This document shows, one piece after another, positions 31,791-42,500 of a stretch of DNA of 64,000 nt. Below the pieces are notes generated by a model. The model did not search any database. It saw nothing but the letters and a program-made list of their open reading frames with translations, and was not told the origin of the DNA. This DNA comes from an uncultured Bacteriovoracaceae bacterium (GTDB lineage Bacteria; Bdellovibrionota; UBA2428): the NCBI GenBank assembly GCA_964407615.1, contig CAYOWH010000002.1, forward strand, positions 3,472-67,471, read 5' to 3'. The first letter of the stretch is position 1, and the number at the start of each line of letters is the position of its first letter. The position numbers were made by a program, and so were the translations under genes.

Positions 31791-33465
31791 ATGGTTCTAA
31801 CATTTTCCAACCAGAAATAATTAAATCATCCATATCTGGATCTTTATCCTTTTCCATACCAAAATATGTAGGTAAAGTATTCATATTATCATAGTCAGAC
31901 TTTACTAAGTATTTAACTCCTAAATCTAATTCATTAATAACCATTGGTTTTTTATATTCATCTCTTTCCAAAACTTCATAATATCTTTCTACAATTTCAT
32001 CATATAAAATCATTAATGCCCAAGCTAATGACATTACTCTGTCATCGTGACAATTAGCTTTCGCCCCCCAAATTCCGTTTTTATATCTTGTAAAATCTTT
32101 TAATTCTAAAACAGTATTCATATCATTAATGTGAACACTTTTAGTTTTTAACATCCAATGTCTTAAGTTTTCAATACATCTCCACTTTGTATTATGATGT
32201 GATATCATGCCTAATTGTTCGTTTTTTCTTGAAGCTTGTTTCAAACCCCAAGATACAATATTTTCATAATCATAATTTTTTCTTAAATTATCAACAACTT
32301 GTGCTCCACAGTTATTCCTTTCAATTAAAGCATACGGCCTCCCCCATTGATCTAATATATCAAACAATTTGGAAGAAAATTCAGAAGGGGATATTTTATT
32401 ATTATTATAACATGCTACTTGAATAATATTTCTTGGTTCCGTAATATCTAAAATTTGTATACAAGAAGAATCTCTCCCCAAACCTTCGGCAATATCAACC
32501 CCAGCTACATAGCTCCTTTCATCATTCGGAGTATTCCATATTTTATAACAACCATCTTCTAATAGATATATAGGATCTCTAGCAGAAGATTTCATATTTT
32601 CAAATGCATCCGCATCTAATGCAGATTCTCCAACTTCGTCGAATTCCACTTCATATTCTCTTCTCCATACGTTAGCGTCTCCAATTGAAGCCATTGTATC
32701 TTTTTTAAATTTTTCGTCACGCCCCGGAACTTCATCCCATTTTATTTTCAAAGATTTCCAATTATTGGTGCCTCTCACAGAGGCATCATACAATTTATAA
32801 AATAATCCAGAAGTATCTCTTGGGGTTGATGCCATTATTATTTTTGATTTTTTAGAAGAAGAAATAATTGGATACACAGAAGCCCAAAATTCGTCTAATA
32901 AATTAGCTTCAATCCAATCAGCCTCATCAATAAACAATAAATTGGCCGAAGATCCACGACCAGCAGTTCCAGTTGTAGTTGTAATGCCTATTCTAGATCC
33001 GTTTGCCAATTCCATAGATTCCATTCCATAATAAGTTACAGGCGATTTTAACCAATTTGGAAGATTCTCATAAGCCATTCTAATTCTTTTAAATATTTCT
33101 TTTGCGGTAGATTCTTTATTTGCGACCAACATAATTCGTTGATCTTGTTGGAAGATAGCAGTCCATAAACAAAAAATTGTAGAAATTGTCGATTTGCCCG
33201 TTTGCCTGCTGAACAATAATAGACTAAATCTATTATCTCTAATCATTCTTAATGCTCTTTTTTGATATAAATGTAATTTAATTTTCTGTTTACCTTCATC
33301 TAAATTAATTATATAAAAATGATTTTCCGCAAAATGTAAAACGTTTTCAGAGCATAGTTGCATTTCCGCCAACATGTCTGGAGTATATTCGAACTCAGCC
33401 CCTACTGTAGGAAGATTTGGATTATTTAAATAAATTGGTTTTTTATTTTTTTTATCTACAGCCAT
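31780..33465 (-). CDS. terminase large subunit, T4 gp17-like. Start set at ATG 33465 (MAVDKKNKK...).
   Basis: HLYQKRALRM...SRQTGKST (Walker A), LFIDEADWIE and the nuclease half match T4 gp17. The 44-codon extension up to 33597 is antisense to the plus-strand gene at 33536, so I treat it as spurious. Confidence 0.85.
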   Translation of the reverse strand: MAVDKKNKKPIYLNNPNLPTVGAEFEYTPDMLAEMQLCSENVLHFAENHFYIINLDEGKQKIKLHLYQKRALRMIRDNRFSLLLFSRQTGKSTISTIFCLWTAIFQQDQRIMLVANKESTAKEIFKRIRMAYENLPNWLKSPVTYYGMESMELANGSRIGITTTTGTAGRGSSANLLFIDEADWIEANLLDEFWASVYPIISSSKKSKIIMASTPRDTSGLFYKLYDASVRGTNNWKSLKIKWDEVPGRDEKFKKDTMASIGDANVWRREYEVEFDEVGESALDADAFENMKSSARDPIYLLEDGCYKIWNTPNDERSYVAGVDIAEGLGRDSSCIQILDITEPRNIIQVACYNNNKISPSEFSSKLFDILDQWGRPYALIERNNCGAQVVDNLRKNYDYENIVSWGLKQASRKNEQLGMISHHNTKWRCIENLRHWMLKTKSVHINDMNTVLELKDFTRYKNGIWGAKANCHDDRVMSLAWALMILYDEIVERYYEVLERDEYKKPMVINELDLGVKYLVKSDYDNMNTLPTYFGMEKDKDPDMDDLIISGWKMLEPYER

Positions 33466-33535
33466 AGCGATATTTACAAAAAAATTGTGAAGTTTTAATA
33501 AAAATCTAATTAAAATGACTAAATAGTTTGTAACT

Positions 33536-34117
33536 ATGAGCAATAAATCTCTATTTGACAAACTATTTAATGAAGTAATGGAAGCTGGTCCAGACATGGA
33601 AGCGCAAACCGATGAAGATGCTTTGGAATTACCTCAAGGCGATGAAGGTGGCGATGAAATGGGCAGCGATGAAAGTTTCGGCGATGAAGGTGGCGATATT
33701 ACGGTATCAATGAGTCGTTCCCAAGCAGAAGCATTAAGAGATCTTTTAGATGCCGCTTTAGGTGGTGGCGGAGAAGATGAAGATGAAGATTTTGGAGAAG
33801 AAGAAACTTTAGATATGGGCGGAGAAGGTGAAGAAGGATTGGGCGGTGGAGAATTGGGAGAATCACCAGCAGTTGAAACTCTAGAAGAACTTCCTACTCA
33901 AAAATATGTTGACGCTTTAACTGGTAAGAAAAATAAGGTAGAAGGCGCATTAGCTGCTAAAGATAATGCCGGTAGCGAAGGTTCTGGCGAAGTAACACAA
34001 GCTCATCCTTTAAAGAAAGCTTCATTGGCTTATAATGATGGGAAAGGCAAGAAACATCAAGTTGGTGGCAAATACACTCAACAGAATAAAACCACTTCAT
34101 CTTATCTCAATCAATAA
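33536..34117 (+). CDS. highly acidic Gly/Glu/Asp-rich low-complexity protein (193 aa)
   Basis: ATG ORF divergent from terminase. Has DEGGDEMGSDESFGDEGGD and GGGGEDEDEDFGEEETLDMGGEGEEGLGGGELGE tracts. Locally much higher GC than surroundings. Followed by a strong terminator. Confidence 0.6.
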   Translation: MSNKSLFDKLFNEVMEAGPDMEAQTDEDALELPQGDEGGDEMGSDESFGDEGGDITVSMSRSQAEALRDLLDAALGGGGEDEDEDFGEEETLDMGGEGEEGLGGGELGESPAVETLEELPTQKYVDALTGKKNKVEGALAAKDNAGSEGSGEVTQAHPLKKASLAYNDGKGKKHQVGGKYTQQNKTTSSYLNQ

Positions 34118-34141
34118 GTAAAAAGTAAAAATAGATAAACT

Positions 34142-34172
34142 AAAAAGGGGAGATAAATTCTCCCCTTTTTTA
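34142..34172 (+). terminator. rho-independent terminator
   Basis: aaaaaGGGGAGAtaaatTCTCCCCttttttatt: 7-bp GC-rich stem, 5-nt loop, A-tract before and T-tract after. Confidence 0.8.
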
Positions 34173-34184
34173 TTAAATATATAC

Positions 34185-34538
34185 ATGGAAAGTTTTAGTT
34201 CATTCTTTTTTAATACAAATAAAAATAAGGATTATAGCAAAACTAAAACTCCTCATCATCAAACTCTTAGAAGAATAACTAATAGAGGATTAGGATTTAG
34301 AAATAATAACGAAGAAGGTATTAATTTTAAAGCAAAAAAATATAATCAAAATGATCACAATTTTGATAAATATAAAAATTTCCAAGACGAAAAACTTACT
34401 AATTTAGAAGCTGCTAAAATATGTTCCGAATATAATATAGATATAAGACATCTACCTAAAAGATTGGGTAATAGTAAGTTTGAAATTACAGGAACTCCAA
34501 ACAATTATTATAAAAGAATCGTAAAAGACAATGTCTAA
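34185..34538 (+). CDS. hypothetical basic protein (117 aa)
   Basis: ATG ORF just after the terminator, overlapping the next gene start. Confidence 0.45.
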   Translation: MESFSSFFFNTNKNKDYSKTKTPHHQTLRRITNRGLGFRNNNEEGINFKAKKYNQNDHNFDKYKNFQDEKLTNLEAAKICSEYNIDIRHLPKRLGNSKFEITGTPNNYYKRIVKDNV

Positions 34539-35286
34539 TTTTTTTTCAGGAGCTGGTAACGGTAGTAATTGTTTTTCTTTGTACGACAAACAAAGATTGC
34601 AATGCGATATACAATTGATAAATGCATCAATTGATGAGATGATTAATTCAATGGGTCAACCCATTAATTATTGGATCAATACTACAACTTTAACTTCGGC
34701 AGATATGTTTTATGGGGAGGATACTACATCAGTGTATTCTGGCCCAACGCCAATTAAAATGCGTATTGAATTAAACGAAGCTTCATTAGCACTCAGTAAA
34801 TTTGGATTTAATGCGGATGATGAAGTTACTTTATATGTTACTTATAACAGTTTCAATAAAACTTTTTCTGCTAACAATTATTACACAACAAATAGCATTT
34901 CTGTGGAACCAAAATCTGGGGATGTATTTCAAATGGTTAGTTATGGTTCAGACAGAATTAACGGAAGAGGGCCGAATTTTTTTATTATAACAGAAAGAAG
35001 AGATCAGGATATTAGTGGTGATATGAATGCACTTGGAGCACATTATGGATGGAGATTAAAAGCAAAAAGATTAGAATACAGCTGGCAACCGGGATTGCCA
35101 CAAGAAAACGTAAACGAACAACTTACGGAAGATACTTTTTACGGTAAATTATCTAGTAATATTACCGGAGAGCTTTCTTCTGCTTCTAAAAATTATACAT
35201 ATTCTGCTGATAAATTCGGAAAAGATCATATATTAGATATGTCTGTAAACGATACATCAATATACGGAACATATGATCTAAATTAA
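34531..35286 (+). CDS. hypothetical protein (251 aa), possible virion or neck protein
   Basis: ATG ORF ending 1 nt before the end of the convergent giant fibre gene. Confidence 0.5.
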   Translation: MSNFFSGAGNGSNCFSLYDKQRLQCDIQLINASIDEMINSMGQPINYWINTTTLTSADMFYGEDTTSVYSGPTPIKMRIELNEASLALSKFGFNADDEVTLYVTYNSFNKTFSANNYYTTNSISVEPKSGDVFQMVSYGSDRINGRGPNFFIITERRDQDISGDMNALGAHYGWRLKAKRLEYSWQPGLPQENVNEQLTEDTFYGKLSSNITGELSSASKNYTYSADKFGKDHILDMSVNDTSIYGTYDLN

Positions 35287-35287
35287 A

Positions 35288-38200
35288 TTATAATACTTTT
35301 TGGGGACCAGTATTTGTTACTCTATATACAGTGCCATTTTCTCTATGAATGAGAGAATCTTCCCCAGCAATTTGAACAGATGATGTAACGTTTTTCATAT
35401 TAAATCTCTTAAAAAATGGCGTATTAACAGGAAAATCTGGTGGAAATACATCAGCCTTATAACCACCAAAATATACATAATTATCAGAATCTAAGTAACC
35501 AATCATAGTTTGATCTTTGACAGCATTATCGGAAACAAATATATCTATAGCATTATCAACCGTAGAAGATTTATCATAATTATAACATTGCGTAGGCGAT
35601 GTGATTGCAATATCTATAATAGAATTTACTAAACATTGACCTATGTCAACTCCATTATATCCCCAAGAAAATAATCTGCCATCCTTTAATAATGCAAAAA
35701 TTGTAGGGTTATCTTTTCCAGAAACTATTACCTTTTTAACATTTGACAATTCTTCTATTCTTTCAAAATTATTATATGTAACAGTAGAAGTAGAACCTTT
35801 TCCCATTTGACCAAAATTATCGTCACCACAAACCCATAAATAACCTTCTCGATCTATATAATAATTATTTAAATGTCCGCTATACAATCCATCAGATAAT
35901 AAATCTGCATCGTTGATTTCTGATGTTACTCCTCCAAAACTTTTTTTACATATTTCAAATTTAAAATGTGAATGATTGTGCGATGCTTCTGCCACAGGCG
36001 CAGCACCTCTTCCCAGTTGTCCTCTGGTATTAGTTCCAGCTGACCGAATCTTTCCATCTTTAGTAATTATAGTGAGCAAACTAGAAGTGCCATCAGAAGC
36101 AGTTATGGCATAATCTTTAATCTGCCCAGAAAATTGTTTTATTTTAGTTGGATTTATAGATACCATAGCAGCAGCAGTTGCTCCACTTTTACCATAACCT
36201 ATTCCAAATGCGCCATGTCTACTATACCCCCAAACCCATAAACTATCATCGATATCTAATGCGGCAAAAAATGGATAGTTTGTCCCAATTCTTTTAAAAG
36301 ATTTAAATTTAACTTCTTTTTCATTTTCTAAAATAATAGTTTTTATAAATCCAGCAGTAGATTTATTTGTCATGTTTCCTATTCCAAAAGCACCTCTAGA
36401 ATTATTATTATAAAATACGATATCTTTAGAAGAAGATCCTGTATTAATATAACCGACTCTATCGCCAAGAGTATCTGTAAAATATAAATAATTAGAATCT
36501 TGATCTAAATATAACGCCATTGGCTTCCAATTTATAACACTTTTTGTAGTATCTAAATTTCCTTTCACTGATCCTGAAAATAATGATACATTATTTGGAA
36601 AATCAGTATTTGATTTGACAATTACATGACTCGTTTGCGAAAGTATATATAAATTTTTTCCTATAGCCTCAATTGAGGCGGGGTTTGGGACACCAGCTAA
36701 CGATCCGACTCCATATTTTAAAGATTTTCTTGCAGGAGCACCAATAATAGTATCCACCTTTTTTGTTCCAGACAACTCTACAGTTCTAATAGAATTACTA
36801 TTATACTCAGCTATATACAACATATCACCAAGTAATTTTATACTCTTTCGAAGTTTTCCAAATTTAGCATTCAATCCGTTAGTAGCATTTTGATAGCCTT
36901 CAGACGATCCAGCAATAGTTGTAACTGGATGATTTGGTGTCGCAAAATCAACTTGTCTTATAGCAATGCTATCCGAAAAATACAGTTTTTTAGTGACTTT
37001 ATCGTATGCCATTCCTGTAGGATATCCTAAGTTAGCCTTTAATGCACTTAAGCTATCAGCAGTATTTATAACTCCCGTACCAGCAACTGTTGTCACAGGA
37101 TAATTGCCACTTAAAACTATTTTCCTAATACGTCCCGTATCTGAAACAAATAATGCAGAAACTCCATCATATTCAATTTGCACAGGTGCCAAAAATTTAG
37201 AGCCAGTTCCAATAGGACCATCCAAAAAACCGCTTGCCCCCGTACCAGCTATAATACTTAAACTAGGAGTAGTTGCCGTTAAATTAATCATCTTAATATT
37301 AAAATTACCAGTATCTACTATATATAATCTATTATCAATAAATCTTAATCCCCTAGGATCTTTGAAGCTAGCTTTAGACAAAATACCCGTAGCATTACCA
37401 GCAGCACCAGTTCCAGCAAATTTAAATGCGGATACTATTCCAGTAGTACTGTCGATAACAATTTTTTTAATATTAAAATTTGCAGTATCTGATACATAAA
37501 ATGTATTATCATTTTCCCCTCTGCAAATATCCGTAGGAGCATTAAAAGCAGCAGCAAGATAAACATCCCCAGCAACATATGTTGAAACGGCAGACGTGGA
37601 AGTGTTTAATGTTCTGATACATTTATTTTCAGTATCCGCAATATATAATGTAGATCCATCATTACTAATTGCTAATCCAGTCGGAGTATTAAATCTTGCA
37701 TTTGTTCCTATTGCATCTGTAACACCAGCAGCTCTGGAACTTCCAGCTATAGTATTTACATACCATTTATCTGTAGGTCTTTCTAATTCAGTCGTAGTTA
37801 ATTTTCTAATTCTGTGATTATCTGAAACATACATTATGTTTCTATTTGTGGGATCTATTACTATTTTTCTGGGGGAATGAAATCTTGCGGTATACCTTTC
37901 GCCATTAGCATCACCACTTAATGCTACAGTTCCCCTTTGAATACCAGATACACCAGCTATTATAACAGTATTTTTATCAGTATCGTTTTTAATTCTTCTG
38001 ATATTATGATTTAAATTATCACACACATAAATGTCCCCAGTACTTAAATCTTGTGCTATACCATTTGGAGTATTAAATCTGGAAGCACTTCCAGTTCCCG
38101 GAATTCCACCTTTTTGTCCATCTGTAGCATTGTTATTAGCTGTCGGGCTTCCTGCAATGTCTATAACATTACCCAAATAATCTATAAATTTTATTTGATG

Positions 38201-39553
38201 ATCACATGAAACTATATATTGTTCTTTTACACTAAGACCATTCACATTCGATGATGGAATACCACTCAACTCAACTTTATTAGATATAATATCTGATGGT
38301 AAAGGAATGGCAGATAATGGATTAATATATCTAAACTCAATTTCAGGAATTATTTTTCTAATTCCCCCATTTTTCGCCTCTGCTATCACTATATAATCCC
38401 TATCATTAGAAATAGTTATACCTCTAGGATCTATATATGCAGTAGACAACTCACCAACATTAGTTCCACAAACCCAAATATCACCCCCAGCTTCGATGTC
38501 TTCGTCTGGATATACTAAAGCTACGCCACTACTAACATTCCAAGATAATGCGCCTATAGAAGCTGTTTTATTTTCATCTAAATAATCGCCTCCATAAGGG
38601 GCATATTTTTTAGAATCTTTATATCCATCATATAATTTCCAAAAAGGAACTCTAACATTTAATGTAGGTATTACAGTAGTAATAACAGAACCTCCGAATT
38701 TTGATGGATGCAAATTACCCCAAGCAATAACTCTATTATCATTAGTCAAAGCTGCATATCCACTAGATGCCTGTGATAAATTAGCCAAATATTTAATATA
38801 GCCCTGTTCAACAATAATAGTCTTTTCGGGAGAATTAACTACCCAAGATTTTAAATTATTATTAAAACTAATATTTGCCATATCCGGATATGGCAAATTT
38901 TCAGGATCTACATTATTAAAATTCTCCGGTGAAATTCTTTTTCGCACCCATTTTTCATCCAAATAAATTATAGTACTTCCACTAATAGCGTCTACATTTG
39001 ATATAGATAAACCATTTGAATCAATATCCAATCCACCATTTGGTTTAATTATATTACCTAATTTATCAGTAGTAACTGCTTTATCTACTAACTTTACAGT
39101 AGATACAGAATTTGAAGAAAGTTTATCAATAGTAACTGAATTCGAAGCTAATTTTAAATCAGTGACAGAAAAATCATTCAATTTATCAGTAGTAACTGCT
39201 TTATCTACTAACTTTACAGTAGATACAGAATTTGAAGAAAGTTTATCAATAGTAACTGAATTCGAAGCTAATTTTAAATCAGTGACAGAAAAATCATTCA
39301 ATTTATCAGTAGTAACTGCTTTACTGTTAATTGAAGCGGTAGTGACTGTATTATTTGCTAAATTAATATTATAACTTTTACTAGGATCAAAATAAGCGGA
39401 TACTTTATTATTTAAGTTAATATTATTAACTATAAAATTTTCAATATTACTTAATCTTGTAGAATATGTAGATAACCCTTGATACAATGGGAAATAATCT
39501 CCTCCCGATAATTTTGCCACTTCATCTAATTGATTTATTCTTTTATTCGCCAT
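35288..39553 (-). CDS. giant tail-fibre/adhesin protein (about 1421 aa): tail-fibre repeats, then NHL-repeat beta-propeller, then RCC1-like beta-propeller
   Basis: N-terminal repeats AVTTDKLNDFSVTDLKLASNSVTIDKLSSNSVSTVKL. NHL-like YVSDNHRIRKL / YVCDNLNHNIRRI / YVSDTANFNIKKI / YIVDTGNFNIKMI. RCC1-like WVWGYSRHGAFGIG / GTNTRGQLGRG / CGDDNFGQMGKG / WGYNGVDIGQ. Track start 39574 is TTG, so I use ATG 39553. Confidence 0.7.
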   Translation of the reverse strand: MANKRINQLDEVAKLSGGDYFPLYQGLSTYSTRLSNIENFIVNNINLNNKVSAYFDPSKSYNINLANNTVTTASINSKAVTTDKLNDFSVTDLKLASNSVTIDKLSSNSVSTVKLVDKAVTTDKLNDFSVTDLKLASNSVTIDKLSSNSVSTVKLVDKAVTTDKLGNIIKPNGGLDIDSNGLSISNVDAISGSTIIYLDEKWVRKRISPENFNNVDPENLPYPDMANISFNNNLKSWVVNSPEKTIIVEQGYIKYLANLSQASSGYAALTNDNRVIAWGNLHPSKFGGSVITTVIPTLNVRVPFWKLYDGYKDSKKYAPYGGDYLDENKTASIGALSWNVSSGVALVYPDEDIEAGGDIWVCGTNVGELSTAYIDPRGITISNDRDYIVIAEAKNGGIRKIIPEIEFRYINPLSAIPLPSDIISNKVELSGIPSSNVNGLSVKEQYIVSCDHQIKFIDYLGNVIDIAGSPTANNNATDGQKGGIPGTGSASRFNTPNGIAQDLSTGDIYVCDNLNHNIRRIKNDTDKNTVIIAGVSGIQRGTVALSGDANGERYTARFHSPRKIVIDPTNRNIMYVSDNHRIRKLTTTELERPTDKWYVNTIAGSSRAAGVTDAIGTNARFNTPTGLAISNDGSTLYIADTENKCIRTLNTSTSAVSTYVAGDVYLAAAFNAPTDICRGENDNTFYVSDTANFNIKKIVIDSTTGIVSAFKFAGTGAAGNATGILSKASFKDPRGLRFIDNRLYIVDTGNFNIKMINLTATTPSLSIIAGTGASGFLDGPIGTGSKFLAPVQIEYDGVSALFVSDTGRIRKIVLSGNYPVTTVAGTGVINTADSLSALKANLGYPTGMAYDKVTKKLYFSDSIAIRQVDFATPNHPVTTIAGSSEGYQNATNGLNAKFGKLRKSIKLLGDMLYIAEYNSNSIRTVELSGTKKVDTIIGAPARKSLKYGVGSLAGVPNPASIEAIGKNLYILSQTSHVIVKSNTDFPNNVSLFSGSVKGNLDTTKSVINWKPMALYLDQDSNYLYFTDTLGDRVGYINTGSSSKDIVFYNNNSRGAFGIGNMTNKSTAGFIKTIILENEKEVKFKSFKRIGTNYPFFAALDIDDSLWVWGYSRHGAFGIGYGKSGATAAAMVSINPTKIKQFSGQIKDYAITASDGTSSLLTIITKDGKIRSAGTNTRGQLGRGAAPVAEASHNHSHFKFEICKKSFGGVTSEINDADLLSDGLYSGHLNNYYIDREGYLWVCGDDNFGQMGKGSTSTVTYNNFERIEELSNVKKVIVSGKDNPTIFALLKDGRLFSWGYNGVDIGQCLVNSIIDIAITSPTQCYNYDKSSTVDNAIDIFVSDNAVKDQTMIGYLDSDNYVYFGGYKADVFPPDFPVNTPFFKRFNMKNVTSSVQIAGEDSLIHRENGTVYRVTNTGPQKVL
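39061..39323. repeat. perfect 120-bp tandem duplication (2 copies plus about 23-bp partial third) inside the 1421-aa fibre gene
   Basis: 39061-39180 is identical to 39181-39300. Each unit holds two diverged about 60-bp subunits. Encodes duplicated KLNDFSVTDLKLASNSVTIDKLSSNSVSTVKLVDKAVTTD. Confidence 0.9.
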
Positions 39554-39561
39554 AACCTTAT

Positions 39562-42500
39562 TTATATCTTCCAATATACATTATTATCAAATACTATATA
39601 ATCATCATTTTCAATATTAACATATTCTGATGTAACATTTAACTTAGCCACGCTACTCCTCTGATCTGTCGAAACATCCATTATGACGACATAATACTCT
39701 CCAGTATCAAATAATTGCAAATCATTTTTATAATATATGGAATTAGTTTCCGAATCAATACTTCCGGTGTCAGTTCTCATCCATTGATACGTTAATGTAG
39801 ACGATGAAGTAGTTTTTATAGAAAACTGAATATTATCACCCACTTGTTTTTCAATAGGATATCCTAAATATTGCTTCCCATCAATATATAATGGATTTTT
39901 TAATCGTATTATTACATTATAATTTATTCCACCAGATAATGGAAGTTTATCCAGTCTAACCTTAGAATAATCTATAATTTCAATTATAGTTGTATCCAAA
40001 GGTAATATATCAGAAATTATTTCAGACCCCACAATTATACCTACAGTGCATCCTATATCCACAACATAACTGGTAGTGGATGTTTCAATTGAACTGTCAA
40101 TATAACTTACATTAACTAAAGAAGGATTTTTAACTTTAGTAGGACTTAAAGTAAAGTTATAGTTACTCCTATCTTTATATGTTTCATTTTGAAATGCTAA
40201 TAATCGTACATTTGATGGATCTAAATCTATGGGCGAAGTTATATTATAATCATTCGAATCCAATGATAGAGATTTTCTAAGTGGTGTAAAATTTGAAATG
40301 TAATACAACGCCTTTCCTTTAATAATTCTAAGATTAGATATATAACCATTATAATAACTCTCAGTCGGAGAGCATCCTATAAATAAATTATAATTAGTGT
40401 TATTAAAATTTTTATCAAAAAGACCACTATTCAACAATATTCCATCTACAAACAAATATACAATTCCAGATTTTCTAGTTACTGCTATATGATACCAAGT
40501 GTTCTTAATAAAATTAAATGAAGCACTAATATTGGGTTCTCCAACTATTACTTCATTAAATGAAAATCCAGTGTTTGCAATGTTTAAAGACCAAGTTCCA
40601 GAAGCTCCATCTCTTGTTTTCCTATTTGTCACAATTCTAGTCCCCCCACCATCTGGAAGATTATTCATAATATAAGCTTCAATAGTAAAGTCTTCGGTTC
40701 CAAATGCAAAAGCACTAAGATTTGTAGGTCTTTGAAATATTTCTATATATTGTGATTGAGATGAATCAAAATATCCTGCTGGTAAATAAAAATTTGATGT
40801 ATACAATACAGAACTTGGAACTATTTGCTTACTAATAGTAGGTGTTTCATATTCCAATTTACAAACTTCTCCGCCTCTATTTTCATAAAATTCAACTTGT
40901 ATATCATAAAATACGTTTGCGGTAAGGTTAATTGTGCCTGTAGTTGTTATAGGAGCAGTTATTATCCATTTATCTATAATTAGAACACCATTTACCCACA
41001 CCCTAACCCCATCGTCATGAGTAATATGAAATGTATAAAGTTCTGTTGTTGTTGGCTTTATATAACCTTTCCACCTCGCACTGAACGAATCTCTACCTCC
41101 ATTTACAAATGTACCAGTTCCCCAATTTGAATCACTATTAATATTTTCAATTACGGTAGATGATGGTGCTCCTGTTAATTCTTTATTATCCCAATATGCC
41201 GCAAATAAACCTGTTCCAGTAGTATTAGAAACCATACGCGGGCCACTAGGAGTACCACTTAATGTCAAATTATATTTATTGTCACTATTATCAAGAAACG
41301 TATCATCCTGTAGTGTTAACAATGAAGTCGAATAACCTGTTCCTTTTTCAGAAATTAATTTTGAATATAAAGAAGGTTTTGTAAATGTTGGAGAACCCTC
41401 ATAAAGAAGCTTGTCTGATATTCTAAAATTTGATATATATCCTTTAAAATTGGATTCCGTAATTGAACTAAATGGTGTAAAAGTTTCAATAGAAGGTGTT
41501 CCGACTATCGATAATGATTTTGCTGTTAAACTATTGTCTATGAATCTATTACTTTGCAACGTTAACAAAGAAACGTTTGACGGAATAGGGTTTACTACAT
41601 TTCCTGTTGCGTTTCCATTTGTTGATGTGGTAAGTGGAATAGTGCTTGGTTTAAATTCTCCTGTGTAAAGAGCTTGTCCTTTTGTTACTCGGAGGTCGGA
41701 AATATATCCACTTAGAGATACGTTTGCACTAGTATTATAATTACTACCAATCATAGGTCCGTATGTAATTCCGGGATTAATTGTCCCCCCAGCACTACTA
41801 TTAGTGTCAACTATAGTTCCATTTAAAAATGAATATAAGTTATTACCTGAGCGCACTAAAGCCACATGACACCAAGTGTTTAACGGAGGATTTGGTGATT
41901 TAACACTTTTATTTGTTGTTCCAATGTATATATCAGAACTTGTAGTGGTATCTGTAACATAAAGAACTACACTACTGGTTTGAGCAAGTTTACCATCAGT
42001 TTGACCACAATATATAATTGAGGTTCCTGCTTTCATTTTATACACCCATGCTTCAATAGTAAAATCTCCATCTCCAAAATGTAACGAATCTATATTTAAA
42101 TCTAATGTTAATTTCGAACTGCCATCAAAATACCCACTCCAACCATTTGTAGGAGTAGGCCCACCAAAAATATTTCCAATCGCTAAAGTATAAGGCGCAT
42201 CTGAAGTCGATGCTGTTCCAGATTTATTAAACGTTCCAGCAGATTGTCCATTTATATAATAATTTAAATTGCCTGATGCTAAAGAATCATCCCACATTAT
42301 AGCAACATGAGACCATGTATTGGCAGTTAACGAAACACTAGAACTGCTGTTAGATATTGGAGCTGAAGCTGTAATTTTACTTCCTATAATAAATTTCGAC
42401 CCATTAGATATCCAAAACCCTAATGTTCCATTGTTTTGAAGAATTATAGACATTCCCGGTTTACTAGAAGAATTATAATTTGTGTCTAATAATGTTTGAT

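Noticed and set aside
33466-33597. 44-codon N-terminal extension of the terminase ORF
   Set aside because: It is antisense to the 5' end of the plus-strand acidic-protein gene and translates to hydrophobic junk. Homology to gp17 begins after the ATG at 33465.
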